From Salpingoeca rosetta (Eukaryota > Protista > Choanoflagellata): DNA of 64,000 nt. Made by a program: the position numbers and the translations under genes. Positions 20,084 through 33,099 of the stretch are shown piece after piece; position 1 is the first letter of the stretch; every line of letters begins with the position of its first letter. Under the pieces are notes generated by a model. That model did not search any database and was not told the origin of the DNA. It saw nothing but the letters and a program-made list of their open reading frames with translations. The stretch lies in contig JAWQFM010000031.1 in assembly GCA_033442325.1 (NCBI GenBank), forward strand, positions 732,025 to 796,024, in the 5' to 3' direction.

Positions 20084-22078
20084 CACATCACAATCTCGTA
20101 CAGAGGAGGGGGATGAGACCAAAAACGACGAATGCTGTGAACATGACCAGGCCCTTGCGTGCGGGTGAGACGCTCGTGTCTGGCGGCATGAGCCCCAACT
20201 CCTCCACCATCATGTGGTCGATGAAGAAGTCTGGGTGCTGCACCATGACGCTGATGGCCTGCATGGCGTCCTGTGTGGAAAACCCGCGCTTGCGATACAG
20301 CTCCAGCATCTCTCTCACTTCCCCAGACGGGTTGTTGTCAAACTCCCACTCCTCTCTGTTGCGCTCCGACACGGCATACTGCAGCTCAGACTGTGCGCTC
20401 AGATATTCGCCCACACCCATGGATAGCCCGTCTCCGATCAGGTTCGCAAAGCCCTGCGGGGAGGACGCAATTGGCGTTTGGCAGTTGGGGTGAGAACGTG
20501 AGAGAAGCAAGGGAGGGGGTGTTGAAGAGGGAGGGCGGTTAAGAAATGGGTGGGAGAGTGGATACACACACACACACGCACACATAGTGCGAACACACAC
20601 AGTGCGAACACACATACACGTAAACACATACACATACACACATACGCACGTACGCACACAAATATACGCACACACGCACGCACACATACACACACACATA
20701 CGCACACACACACAAACACACACATACGCACACACACGTACACGCTCACACACACACAGACACACATACCCACACATACACACACACACACATACACACA
20801 CGCACACAATAAACCCACCCACACACGCGCACCATGATGATGACGACGCCGATGGAGAGGTTTGCGCCGGTAACGGAGGCGACGGTGGCAAAGGTGGTGA
20901 TGATGCCGTCCAGCCCGCCAAACACGGCCGCCTTGATGTATTGCCCCTCATCCGCTTTGTGAAGCTCTGGGTTGGTGTCGAGCTCATGTGCGAGGCGAGA
21001 CAGCTCAGGATCGTGCTTGCGGTACGCACGTCGAGCCATGCGCCATCGCTCCCGACACAGCGACATGTCCAGCCCAGTGCCACCATCTGTGCTCGCGTCG
21101 CACTTGCTGCACCGTGCATGCCGGCGACTGGCTGTCTTCGCCGCTGCCGCTGCCTCTGTTGCTGTTGTTGCGGTTGCCGGGGTTTCCGCCGTGGTTGTGG
21201 CGGTGGTTGTGGTTGTGGTTGTGGGGGATGTCGTGGCATAAGGCGAGGCATTGAGATTGTCTGACGCCGTGTCTTCATCGCTATCACTGTGGCTGTGCTT
21301 CCGCGATATCCACAGCGTCACGAACTAGATGCACGTCGCACGAGGGGTGGAGCGTGTGCGGCAAGGCGTGCGAAAGTCGTGAAATTGCAGTTCACACTTG
21401 CACGTGCACGTTTGCAGAAAGAAAAATGCAAAGAGCACACGTGCACGCATGCCGACAACGGCTTGTGTGCATGCACATGCTTTCACACATCCAGAACGCC
21501 GCGCAAAATACACAAACGCAGTCACAAACGCAGTCACAAACGCAGTCAAACACGCAGTCAAACACACAAACACACACACACACACACTAACACACGCACA
21601 CACACAACCACACAATCACACACACAGACACACAAACACACACAAACACACAATCACACAAACACACAATCACACACACACACACAACCACACAATCACA
21701 CAAACACACAATCACACACACACACACACACAAACACACACAAACACACACACGCAGTCATACAAACACACACACAGTCACACAAGCACAGCCGAACCTG
21801 AGCGGAAATGGCGTCCCTGATGAGATCGACAGCCGTTGTGTGGTTGAGGTCAAGCAAGCACTTGCCATTCACCGCCAGCAGCCTGTCGCCAACTTGGAGT
21901 CCCGCCGCCTTGGCCGCCCCATCCTCATGGACGTGCTGGATCACAAGGTCCGTGTTCCCTTCAAGAGCGAAGAGAAGATGGCACCGTGAATCACATCAAT
22001 GTCAGCAAACAGCACGTTAGGCATGTTACCAACAGGGAAGCCCGGTGGGATCAGAAAAAAAACCCACCCGCACACACA

Positions 22079-22115
<37 letters not shown>

Positions 22116-22249
22116 GCACGCACGCACACACGAACACACAACCACGCACAGCACGAACCTTGTGGAGTCGGGTTGTCTGTGCCTCCAGCAATGGTAAAGC
22201 CGACACCTCTTGTGCTGAGATCGAGGTGCAGCAGGTGCGTCGTCGTCAT
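19462..22249 (-). CDS. PDZ domain-VIT1/CCC1 family iron/manganese transporter fusion
   Basis: Exons 22249-22159, 21958-21798, 21324-20833, 20453-20102 and 19718-~19515 are phase-consistent. PDZ: [46 protein letters not shown]1: [68 protein letters not shown]. The 3' end is uncertain; there may be extra exons toward ~19040. Confidence 0.88.
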
Positions 22250-22820
22250 CGTCGTCGCTTGCTTCGCCTTGTTGCGGCTGGAACGGCTGCTTGGCTGCTT
22301 GGCACAGAACAAAAGAGCAGCAATGAAGCAACAACCAGTCCTTGACATCGTGGAAGGACCGCTTCGAGCTTCAATCAAGTTTAGCGACACCACAAAATGC
22401 AGCAGACCCTGACCCTGCAAGGCTTGTGTTTGTTGTTTGTCATAGTATCATGCCCGAGGCGTTGTTGTTTCTGGGCTTCTGGGCTTCTCGTGACCACAAA
22501 GACACCAGTCACTCACTGACTGCATTGTGCAACAAGCAAAGACTGCTGTTTACAGCGCAAGAAGTGAAGCAAGAGAAGGGAGCGGACACAAGGGGCAAGG
22601 ACGGGAAGCAGCAGAACGGGAAAAACAAACAAAAACGCAAACACCGAAGGGAAGGCAAGCCCACACAAAGCACACACAAAGCACACACACACACATACAC
22701 ACACACACACACATACACACATACACACACACACACACACATGCACACACCAGCACACAACACACAAGCACCAGTGGTCCTCGTCCTCCAAGTCAAGTCA
22801 AGTACAGTGCAGCGACACAG

Positions 22821-23505
22821 CTACACGTGGTGGGAGCGGCGGCGGGCCATGCGTGTGCGCACGGCGTAGGTGCTGACCTGCGCCATGCGGTCGCCGACGC
22901 TACTTGTGTTGGTTGTCTTGGCAAGCAGCTGCGAAGCAAGGTCCTGCACCTTCCCTTCCACGGGGAGCAAGGGCTCCGCAGTGGTGGTTGTCGGGTCGTG
23001 CGCACCGATCAGCAGGTACGTCTTCATCAGGCCCTTGCCCGCAATGTCGATGTGGCCCCGCGACACAAGCTCAAACGGGTGGTCGGACGGCAGCGCCTGT
23101 GTGAAGCGGTAGCTCGTCTGGATGCACCCGGGCAGGCCATTGCTCTCCATCAGGCTCGCCACGCTCACGGTGCTGCCGAAGAAGCAGTAGCGTGGACGGG
23201 CGCGGCCAACGACGCCGGCCATCAGCGGACCAGAGTGCAGCCCAACGCGGATGCGGATCGGCTCGCCATCCAGCGGTGATACAACCGACTTGGCCGTGTG
23301 GACCATCTCGATGGCCAGGCGGGCGATGCGCAGGGCGTGGTCCTCGCACTCCTCCGGGCAGCCGGCGGCCACCATGTACGCGTCGCCAATCGTCTCCACC
23401 TTGTAGCAGCCGTGCTTGTCCGCCAGGTTGTCAAACTTGACAAACAGCTCATGCAGCATCTCCATCACCTGACGGGTGTGCATGCATGTGTGTGTGCGTG
23501 TGTGA

Positions 23506-23549
<44 letters not shown>

Positions 23550-25005
23550 TGGGTGTGTGTGTGTGATTGAAGGATGAGTGATTGGTTGAGTGTGTGTGTG
23601 TGTGAGTGAGTGGCTGCAGGATACAGTGGTGTTTTCAGCCTTGTCGCATGTGCACGTGTTATTTGTCAGGCTCAACAAGCAATTAAGCGCAAATTGAGAT
23701 AAGAAAAGCACGGCACTCACGTCCGTGGCTGGCACGTCTGAGGAGATGTTGGTGAAGCCCGCAATATCGCTGAACAGCACGCTCACCTGCCAAAGGAAAC
23801 GGACAAAGGGACAACACAACCAGCAAATGGATGAGAGAAGCGTTTACAACGCGTATCGACACAAACACACACGTACACGTACACACACACACACACACAA
23901 AAGTACACGCATACACACATTTACTCGCACGTGCATCTGTGCGCCATCACCAACTCACGTTGTCGTACTGCTCTGCTGGCGGAATTTCGCCCCGAGCGAG
24001 CGAGCTGGCAACAACCTGTATTGGGGCAAGAGATGCGGGAGATAATGCGTACGCAAGCATGAAGGCATGGGGACATTTTGACTGTGTGAGGACACCAACG
24101 CCGCTGTTGCTTCTTCGCTCATGACACACACACACACACGCACACACACACACACGCCACATAACATCAACACACAACACAACAGAGCACGTCACCACGC
24201 ACCGGAGGGAGGATGCTGTGGAGGAGGCCGTCAATCTGCTTCTTCTTGTCCTGGATCTCGAGCATGGACTGGTCAAGCTCAGCCATGCGCCGGTCGACCT
24301 CGTTGGAGTTCTTGGCAGAGGCAGACTGGAACATGGACCCGTACAGGAACTCGCGGCCGTGGCTGTGCAGCGGCATCTCGGACAGCTCGATGCGCTGCGC
24401 CTCCATCTCCTCGAGGGAGCGCAGGGCCGGCGTGCCGAAGAACACAACGACGTCGTGGTCGCTGTTGTATGTGAGCTGCCCGTGCAGCTTGATGTTGTCG
24501 GCCTTGGCGTACAGCCGGTTGGCCATCATCAGCATGTCTGAACTCGACGCGTTGGATCCGCGGAAGGAGGATGCGCACGACACCAGGGACGACCGCATGT
24601 CCGACGCCATGTCACCGCCATTGCCCATGAGCGACATGCCCTGCATGCCGGAGGCCAGGCCGTGTGCGTCGTCATCGCGCAGCAGCTTGGCGTCGACAGA
24701 GAAGAGGCACGACACGCCGTCCACGTCCTTGAGCTCGTCAAACTCGGACGAGATGTCGACCGGCCGCAGCATGCGGAACACCTTCTTGAAGGGCTTTCCG
24801 GCCTGTGGCTCCTCGAAGCGCGCTGCAAGGTGCTTGCCCAGCGACACAATCTTCATGTCGCGGTCAAAGGCAAAGTGCCATGGAAACAGGTCGTTGGTCA
24901 CGGACTTGCCCAGGTCAATCGTGCACGCTTCCTTGATCGTCTCGTCGACCTCCGTCGATTCGCCAAAGCCCCTGCATGTAAGTGTGTGTGTGTGTTGTGT
25001 GTGTG

Positions 25006-25056
<51 letters not shown>

Positions 25057-26401
25057 GTGCGTGGGTGTTTGCAGGGAAGCTTAGGGGTGGGCTGGGAGAC
25101 ATGTGGAGTGCGTTGGCAACATGAAGGACAAGCCCGCACACAATCAAGTTCACACACGCACACTCACGTACACACACAGACACATACACACAGATACATA
25201 CACACACACTGATGCGCACGTACCGTGGGTCCATGTAGACGTGGAAGACGTCGTGGTTGCTTCCTTGGCCCTTCTTGATGCGGTGGTGGATGTCAATGTC
25301 CAGGTCAAAGAGGCGAAGGGCAGCTGCTTCCAGCGCACCCATCATGAACATGCTCAGGCCGGCATTGGAGCTGTAGTAGTGCACGGTCATGGAGCCGTCA
25401 TCGTTGCGGACCGGGCGGATGGAGGGTGCGCGCATCTTGGGGAAGGACGGCGTGAACGACTCGTGCAGGCTGTCCAGGTTCCCCAGGAGCGTGAAGAAGT
25501 CGCTGCCGAGCGTGCGCAGGGACGAGCCATACCCGGTCTCCAGGATGCCTGCCAAGAAGAAGCGGCCGGCCTCAAACTTGCAGTCCTCTTGACTGCGGCC
25601 AGTCACCTGTCATTGTGCGATTGCGAGGAGAGGGCGCAGACAAGGCAAGATGGGGCTTGGTAAGGTGGGGATCAATGAGGGCGAGTGAAGTGAACAGGCG
25701 GAAACAGCGAATTGTGCATGCTGTCACACATGGGAATGACAGGGATCAAGTGCCTTGCGCGCTCACGCACAAATTGGCGCGCAAACGACACACGCCATGT
25801 TCCGCTTGCAGCTGTTGCTTCAGCCGATCATTACACACACACACACACACATACACACACCCATATCCCATCTCGCATATCATACGCACAAACACAGATC
25901 ACATTTTGCACACACATCACATCACGCATCACATCACATCACATCACATCACGTCACACACACACACACACACACACGCACGCAACACAACATCACATCA
26001 AGCACACCTTTGCGACAGCTGTAAGGAATGAGCCTGTCTGATCGTTGGAGTAAAACCTGAAGAAGTCATCAGGGCGGCCATCAAAGTCCACCTCCGCCAT
26101 CACTTGGGTCAGCAGGTCTTCGCCATCAGGCAAGGACGAGATCCATGCTGTCAGGGCCTAAAGGGTGACATGTGTGACAAGGGGTCCGCATAGCGTGTGA
26201 GCCTGACATTGCTGTGTTGGTTGGCTTGCTGGTTTACCACAACACAGCAATCGCGCTTGCGATCGCAATCGCACGCGCCAACTTCCGATTGCCACCAGAA
26301 TCGCGCGTGCAGACGTTCATGCAGCCAGGACCGAGGGAGGCAGGATCAAGCTTGACTTTACAAGGTTCGATTGATTGTACCTTGTGCAGGAGTCCGTACA
26401 T
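22821..26401 (-). CDS. Soluble guanylyl cyclase (H-NOX + PAS/coiled coil + class III cyclase), 7 exons
   Basis: MYGLLHK start exon 26401-26381. H-NOX: NLDSLHESF..MRAPSIR..HYYSSNAGL. PAS: LFPWHFAFDRDMKI..LSEMPLHSHGRE. Coiled coil: LLHSILPPVVA. Cyclase: VSVLFSDIAGFT, YKVETIGDAYM, IRVGLHSG, PRYCFFG. Confidence 0.95.
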
Positions 26402-26634
26402 CGTGCTTCACTGAAGAAGGGCAGAAGAAAGAAGGCGACTTGGCGAATGCTGTAGAGGTGTCGCAGGGCGCAGGGCGAATGAGAAATATGGTGTGAGCAG
26501 GGCTAGATCACGCGAGACGTGAGTGATGAGGGACGCTGGTTCAAGTGGGGAATGCAACAAGGCAGTAGCAGGATGGTTGCGTTGGTGTCAGTTCGTATCA
26601 CTCGCAAGAGCAGCCACTCATTGTTTAAATGCGA

Positions 26635-26690
26635 TGACGTCACCGTGCAGAAATGTCATTGCGTCAGAACACGCAGATATGACGCAATGA
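26635..26690. promoter_or_regulatory. Cluster of bZIP-type sites upstream of the sGC gene
   Basis: TGACGTCA at 26635-26642, plus a perfect 11-bp inverted repeat TCATTGCGTCA (26656-26666) / TGACGCAATGA (26680-26690), 234-289 bp upstream of the ATG. Confidence 0.3.
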
Positions 26691-27118
26691 TGCGAGGGGA
26701 AGAACAAAACAACCACCAAACGAACATGAGGCGCATGATGTAGGAGCGGACGGAAGGGGGATGGGACGGTTTATGTGTGCAACAAGGTGTGTAGGTTGCG
26801 TGGCCACGTGGTGGCGTCGAGAGGAGCACCGAAGACAGGAGAAGGTACACGCAGACCGCCGGAGATGGGAAACCGCAAGAGGTTGCAATGAGGTGGAGGC
26901 GAAGGGCGGAGGGAAGGCAGCCCACAAGCTACAGTAACGAGCCACGCAACCACATGACATGAAGTGGTCGCATCATGTCACGTCATTTGTAACGACACAC
27001 GAAAAGAAGCACAGACACAGACACAGACACAGACACAGACACAGGCACACAGACACAGACACACACACACGGACAGAGACACACAGACACAAGCACACAC
27101 ACATGCACGCACACGCAT

Positions 27119-27155
<37 letters not shown>

Positions 27156-27190
27156 TGCACACACACGCACACACGCACGCAGACACATGA

Positions 27191-30070
27191 CTACTCCTCA
27201 AAAGGGGACATGTATTGGACAGAAGCTGCAATGGCGGCGCCCACAGCAAAGCTTTGCGCAAAGGAAAACAGGAAGCGAAGCAGGCCCGGTTGGGCGGCAG
27301 AGGCGTGCGTGGCATCGAGGTGGAGGCCTCGGGTCAAGGGAACGGCAACCTTGAGCTGGAAGGCGGTGGCAAAGATGACCAGCAGCCACGACACGGTGAC
27401 GCGCAGTGCCGTTGCCTCCACGACCCAGAGCGGCAGGAACAGCGGGCCCGCCATGGCCAGCCCAGCCATCGCCGTCACAGCCGCAATGCCGACAGCCTGC
27501 GTGTAGGGGGCGTTGCTGCACAGCATGGCAAAGAGCGTGGCGATGAGGAAGACGTTGAGGGTCTGCACGTTATCGACGGACAGTGCGCCTGCGGCCTGCT
27601 CGTCGCACAGGTCGGCCACCAGCTGGTTGGCGTGCGCACGTGTGCATCGGTCACGCAGCGGGCCGGTGCAGTCAGGGTAGCGCGCAAGCGCGGCCTCGCA
27701 CGTATCGCCGAGCTCGTCCAGGTCTGCGCCCGTCCACAGCAGTGCCGGCAGCGCGTGCACGCCGCCAAACAGGGAGAAGTTGACGTGGGTGACGGCGGTG
27801 AGGAAGAACACGGAGAGCGCGTGCGGGTAGAAGGGGTGGGTGACGCGGGACACGATGGCGGCGGGCACGAGGGCAAGAAACCCCGGCAGGCGGTCCATCA
27901 GGGAACGCATGGTGACCAGGGCCAGGTACGCGCTGCCAGCCAGGGGGAGGGTGAAGGCCGCAACGTAGAACAGCGACGGCCAGGACAGCACCAGCGCGTG
28001 GGCCAACACGTAGCAGGCCGGGGCGACCAGGAAGTTGAAGCCGACCACAAGCGACAGCAGGACCGCCGCGTGCGCCAGCGTGTGCCCGTACAGCGCGGTG
28101 GCCAGGCCAGCCACGGCCAGCACGCCGTCACCCACACGGTACCCGTCCCCGTGCTCCTTCAACAGCACACACGCGGCGTCGGAGATGGCCACAAACTGCG
28201 CAGAGTACACATCAAACACGTCAAACGCTGGCACAGCACCGCTGCCACCACTGCTGGTGTCGCTGGTGACAGGGCGCAGCCACGGGTAGGGCCCGTGTGC
28301 GGTGTCGGCGCGCGACGCAAAGAGCGGAGCAACCGCACGCGTGCCTTCGTCGTCCGTATCGCGCGTGGGGGTGGGGAAGGAGAGCAGAAGCACGGTGGCG
28401 AGCACGTGCGCTGCAAACGTCCACAGCGCAACAGAGGCGAGGGAGAGGCGGGGCGTGACGGCGTGGGCGTGGGCGGTGGCGCGGAGTGCGCGCGATGACG
28501 CGAGATGCACCCCGACACGATGACCGAGAAACAGGCCCGCGGCCAGCACCAGGGTGACCGGCAGGAGGGGCGCGTTGCCCAGCAAGAGCGATGGCAGCGC
28601 CATAAAATGCGCGAGGACGTGTGTGACCTGTGGGGGCAGGTGCAGCATGTCTGGGAGGCCAGCAATCCAGGATGTGGCTGTTCCCGGGCAGTAGTGGGCG
28701 CAGGTGATGGCGAGCAGGGTGCCTGCAAGCACGGGGTTGAGCAGTAGCGCCAGGAGCGGCCGCGCGTCTCCGGCGAGAACAACGCTGAGCACGCTGTTGA
28801 GCAGGTCGAGGGCGCCCGTCTTGTCTGCGAGCCACAGGGTGGGGCCCCGGAACCTGAGAGCAAGGGTCAGGGCCAGCTGCAGCAGCACCAGCGCCCGCAC
28901 AAGCTCCCACACAACGTTGCCGGAGCCAACGAGGAGGAAGTGTGGCAGGGCGCTGGCGTGGGCGTGGGTGTTTGGGACGCCGTCACCGTCGGTGGCCATG
29001 AAGGACGACGCGTTGGAGAAGAAGAACTGCAGGGCGACCACGGCCATGACCGCCAGCAGGAAGCGCACAACCTTGAACCGAAACAGCTCCACGATGCGCG
29101 ACTCTGCAACGCGGTGCACGAGCTGCGGGCTGAGGAGGGTTGCAGCGTGGATGTCGGTTCGCAGCTGCCCGCGCTCGTCCTCCTCCAGCTCCCCCAAGTC
29201 CATGGCACCGCCCTCTGCGAAGGACTCCACCTGACGCCGGTGCACGATGCGGCGGCGCGTGTGCTCGTCGAGCGTGCTCCACTGCTGGCGGAGCTCAAAC
29301 AGCGCCTGGCGCGTGTGCTTTGATCGGGTGGCAATGTACTCGTCCTCGCTCATGAGCGGGGTGAACCTGTCCAGGACAGGCGACGAGGCCGGCGTGAAGA
29401 AGGACGGCTGCGTTGATCCGCGACGCGAGGACAGCGGGGAGGCCAGGAACGAAAAAGACGACGCCAGGAAGGACGTGACGCTGCTGTTCACAACAGTGGT
29501 GCTGCTGAACGTGCTCGCGTTCATGTTGTCCGGCGAATCCGCCTCCTCTTCACCAAAGCCGCCACCAAACTCGCCATTGTTGTTGTGACCGGCGTTCATG
29601 ATGCCAGCAGCCACACCCATGTCGTCGTCATCGTCGCTGTCATCGGACAAGGAGGGGATGGGCCTTGTGGTGCCACCAGAGGAGGCCCCAAATCCATTGG
29701 TGCTGTCCGCACCTCGATGCCTGCGCGCTGATGCCGCGGACAGTGGCCGTGGCGCTCGCCTTGGTGGCTGCGACGGTGTCCCTGGTGGGTTCAGGTCGTC
29801 TGTTTCTGTGGACAGCCCGGATGGCATCAGCCAGATGACCGCCTCATACGTGACATGGACAAGGATGAACAGGACCGCGGACGGCGTCCGTGCGTCGGTC
29901 AGCACGGCCCACACAAAGTCTTGCACGTTGTCAAGCAGCTCCAACAGGCCACCCCAAACAGAGCTCCCGCCTCGGCCTTTGCCTTCGCCTCCTTGCTGCA
30001 CACTCATCAGCACAATCAGGCACATGGACAACACCAGGGCCGCCCAGGCCACTGTCGTCAACTTTAACAT
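27191..30070 (-). CDS. Intronless 959-aa multipass membrane protein with a NEMP/TMEM194-like motif
   Basis: Long GC-rich ORF free of microsatellites, with an ATG start, a hydrophobic N-terminus and many hydrophobic helices. Motif: [37 protein letters not shown]. Confidence 0.8.
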   Translation of the reverse strand: MLKLTTVAWAALVLSMCLIVLMSVQQGGEGKGRGGSSVWGGLLELLDNVQDFVWAVLTDARTPSAVLFILVHVTYEAVIWLMPSGLSTETDDLNPPGTPSQPPRRAPRPLSAASARRHRGADSTNGFGASSGGTTRPIPSLSDDSDDDDDMGVAAGIMNAGHNNNGEFGGGFGEEEADSPDNMNASTFSSTTVVNSSVTSFLASSFSFLASPLSSRRGSTQPSFFTPASSPVLDRFTPLMSEDEYIATRSKHTRQALFELRQQWSTLDEHTRRRIVHRRQVESFAEGGAMDLGELEEDERGQLRTDIHAATLLSPQLVHRVAESRIVELFRFKVVRFLLAVMAVVALQFFFSNASSFMATDGDGVPNTHAHASALPHFLLVGSGNVVWELVRALVLLQLALTLALRFRGPTLWLADKTGALDLLNSVLSVVLAGDARPLLALLLNPVLAGTLLAITCAHYCPGTATSWIAGLPDMLHLPPQVTHVLAHFMALPSLLLGNAPLLPVTLVLAAGLFLGHRVGVHLASSRALRATAHAHAVTPRLSLASVALWTFAAHVLATVLLLSFPTPTRDTDDEGTRAVAPLFASRADTAHGPYPWLRPVTSDTSSGGSGAVPAFDVFDVYSAQFVAISDAACVLLKEHGDGYRVGDGVLAVAGLATALYGHTLAHAAVLLSLVVGFNFLVAPACYVLAHALVLSWPSLFYVAAFTLPLAGSAYLALVTMRSLMDRLPGFLALVPAAIVSRVTHPFYPHALSVFFLTAVTHVNFSLFGGVHALPALLWTGADLDELGDTCEAALARYPDCTGPLRDRCTRAHANQLVADLCDEQAAGALSVDNVQTLNVFLIATLFAMLCSNAPYTQAVGIAAVTAMAGLAMAGPLFLPLWVVEATALRVTVSWLLVIFATAFQLKVAVPLTRGLHLDATHASAAQPGLLRFLFSFAQSFAVGAAIAASVQYMSPFEE

Positions 30071-30926
30071 CGCTCGTCGTCGATGTGGCGGGGTGGTCTT
30101 TGTGGCAAGGCAGTGGTGGAGGTGGGTTGTGTTGTGTTGTGGAGTGTGTCAGAAAAATGGAGCACGACAGCACATAAAGGAGTTGATTGCGGCTGGAAAC
30201 GAAAACATACAGCACAAATTGTTGCTTGATTCTGCTGACTCAGCTGCCCCAGTGATTGAAGGGAAGTAGGAGCTGACTTCGCCACAGCTTCGCCACAGAG
30301 AGGGCGCGATGCGGATTGTTTGTGGTCATTTTTCGCCAATTTTCGAGCCATGATTCTCCTTGCTTGCAAGCATTCGCTGCAGCAGCAGAGGATATGACGA
30401 TGCGCATGCACACAAAAGCCACACAAAACACAGCAGTGACACGTTGCTGAGTACACGGCGATGTTTCGCAACTGCGCTTCCATCGGCGATGTCCCCGCAG
30501 AGCACTCCCACACGCACACACGCAGGAGAAGCAGAGCGAGTTTGTTTGTTTGTTTTTCCGTCGTGACATCCCCACCGCTGTGGGGCATGCAGAGGAGAAT
30601 GAAGCGGGGAATACATGGGCTGTTTTCTCTTTGTTTTGGTTTGTGTTTGCGGCGTGGGGTTGTGCGTCAACAGCCCGCGCCAAAAGGACAGCAAGCATGC
30701 ATGCCAGCCAGAAAAGAAGCGAAGAAGGCCGCGCAAGCGCGTTAGCTTCAACTTGCAATGGCAACAACAACGACAACAGCCGCGACAACAATGCCTGTGC
30801 CGCCTTCACAACTTTAGCTGTGGGAGAATTCGTGATGCAGAGCACTTGCGTCGTCGCATTTCTCCTTGCACCAATATCACCACCTGCAACAACACCAGCA
30901 ACAACACCTGCCTCAGCCAAGCGCCG

Positions 30927-31625
30927 ATGTCTCTGGTATTGCAGCCACGCCCTACACCGAGGGTGCGGCGTGGATGCGTTGCACTCCTGGTTCTGGCAGT
31001 GAGCCTTGGGGTTCTCGCCGTTTCCCATCCACTTCAAGCTAAAGCCCTGAGGTATGCGTGCATGTGCATGTGTGACTGTGACTGTGAGTGTTGTGTGTCT
31101 GTGTTTTTGTGTTGCGTTGTGTTGCATTGTGGCTGTGTCTGTGTTTTGTTGCATTGTGGCTGTGTTTGGTTGGCGTGGACGTATTTGGGTGGCTTGCCAC
31201 ACTGCCGTCATCGTCGTGTAGTTGCCCTCGCATCACGAGACAGCGCTATCCTCACACCCAACTCGAAACGGCTTGCCTCATTCGTTTTGGCCCCCCCTTC
31301 CCTTTACGATCCCTCACATGCTTTGTTGCGTGCTTTGATCTTGCTTGTCTGTGTGCTTTGCTGTGTCTCTGTGTGGCGTGTCCTGCGACTGCAGTGCTTC
31401 AGCAGATTCCTCCTCCCTCCCTCGCCTGCGTCAGCGCCGTGATGTGAGATGCGCACTTGCGCTTTATCGTTTTGATTTGATGATGCACACGTCAAGCGAG
31501 TTTGTGTGGTTTGTGAGCGCGTGGCTCATGTGTCAACTGCGCGTTTTGCTCCGTGTGTGTGTGTGTGTGTGTGTGTGCGTGTGTGTGTGTGCGTCTCTCT
31601 CATTCACACACGCACACACACACAC

Positions 31626-31658
<33 letters not shown>

Positions 31659-32767
31659 TGCACGCACCCCCTCCTGCACGCAGGTCCCGTCTGCTCCCCC
31701 GAGGAACCCGACGACCACGCCCACACCTGGTGGCGCGTTTGCCGTTTCGTGGGAGGCGCCCGACCCCGGCACGACCAACGGCGCCATCACCGGGTATGTG
31801 ATCCGCATCCGCCCCACCGCTCCACAGCCCCCGACGTGGGCCTACGGCAATGCCAGCCTCGACGCCACGGACGTGGAGGTGTCATCGAGCACCTTCTCCT
31901 ACACCCTGGCCGACGAGCTCTCGTTCCCGTTCTCTGGCTACGATGTCGGCGTCGCCGTCAAGAATGCCGAGGGCTTTGGCCCCTTTGCCATGCTCTCCGT
32001 CGACCCGCCAAACAGCATTCCGTCCGGCCAGCCGCGCTCCGTGTCCACGTCCCTCCCACCTGTGGACCCGATGACCTACCCGCCAGACGCGGACGAGGTC
32101 ATCGTGCAGTGGACCGTGCCTGCAGGCATCTGGTTCCGCAACGCGCCCGCCATCGGCTTTGACCTCGTGGCCACGCCCGTGCCGGGCAGCACCACGGACG
32201 AAGTGGTGACCGTCCGCTTCCCCAAGCAGTGGCAGGACGGCGACTCGCCCGACGAGCAGCTCACGGCGTCCATCACGGGCCTCACCCCGAACACAGAGTA
32301 CGTCGTGCTCGTGTACACGATTGGGCTGGACGGTGACCGCAGCACCGCTTCCTTCATGACCACGGAGAAGACGCGTCCGCACCTGCCCACGGTTGCACCT
32401 GCGGGCCTCAGCGTAGACGACACCTCTGCCACGACCTTCAACCTCTCCTGGGACGCCATGAGTGCCAGCACACCGGGCAGCAATGGCGACATCGTTGGCT
32501 ATCGCATCTACCACGTGCCCACCGCCGACCGCGGCTGCACCAACATGGCCTGCGCCCCACCCACACCCTGCCAGGAGGACCCGCGCTGCGAGTTTGGCGT
32601 GTGCACGTACACCAACAAGCCCAACTTCACATCCTGTGATGATGGCAACGCCCACACCGTCAGCGACCACTGTGAGGCCGGCGCATGCATCGGCACCCTC
32701 GTCAACCAGCACATCGATCAGCAGCCCGTGCACCGCCACATTTACATGAACGTGAGTATTTTGTTTG

Positions 32768-32800
<33 letters not shown>

Positions 32801-33043
32801 TTGTGTGTGTGCGTGTGTGTGTCTGTGTGTGTGCGTGTGTGCGTGCGTCTGTTTGCGTGCTGCGCCTGTGCTTGTGAATGCGAGCTAATTTTGCGCTCGC
32901 TGCTTTCCTTGATTTGCAGACGCGCAGCCATGGCGGAGGATATATGCCTCGACTCGGCGAGTTCTGGTGAGGACGGATGCAACAGCCGGGGAGAGGGTTG
33001 AGTCGAGTTTTGGTCGCTTGCGTGTCGTTTTCGCACACACACG

Positions 33044-33099
<56 letters not shown>

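Noticed and set aside
19462-26401. Functional heme/iron gene cluster (sGC next to VIT1)
   Set aside because: Adjacency alone in a compact eukaryotic genome is not evidence, and no shared regulatory signal was seen.
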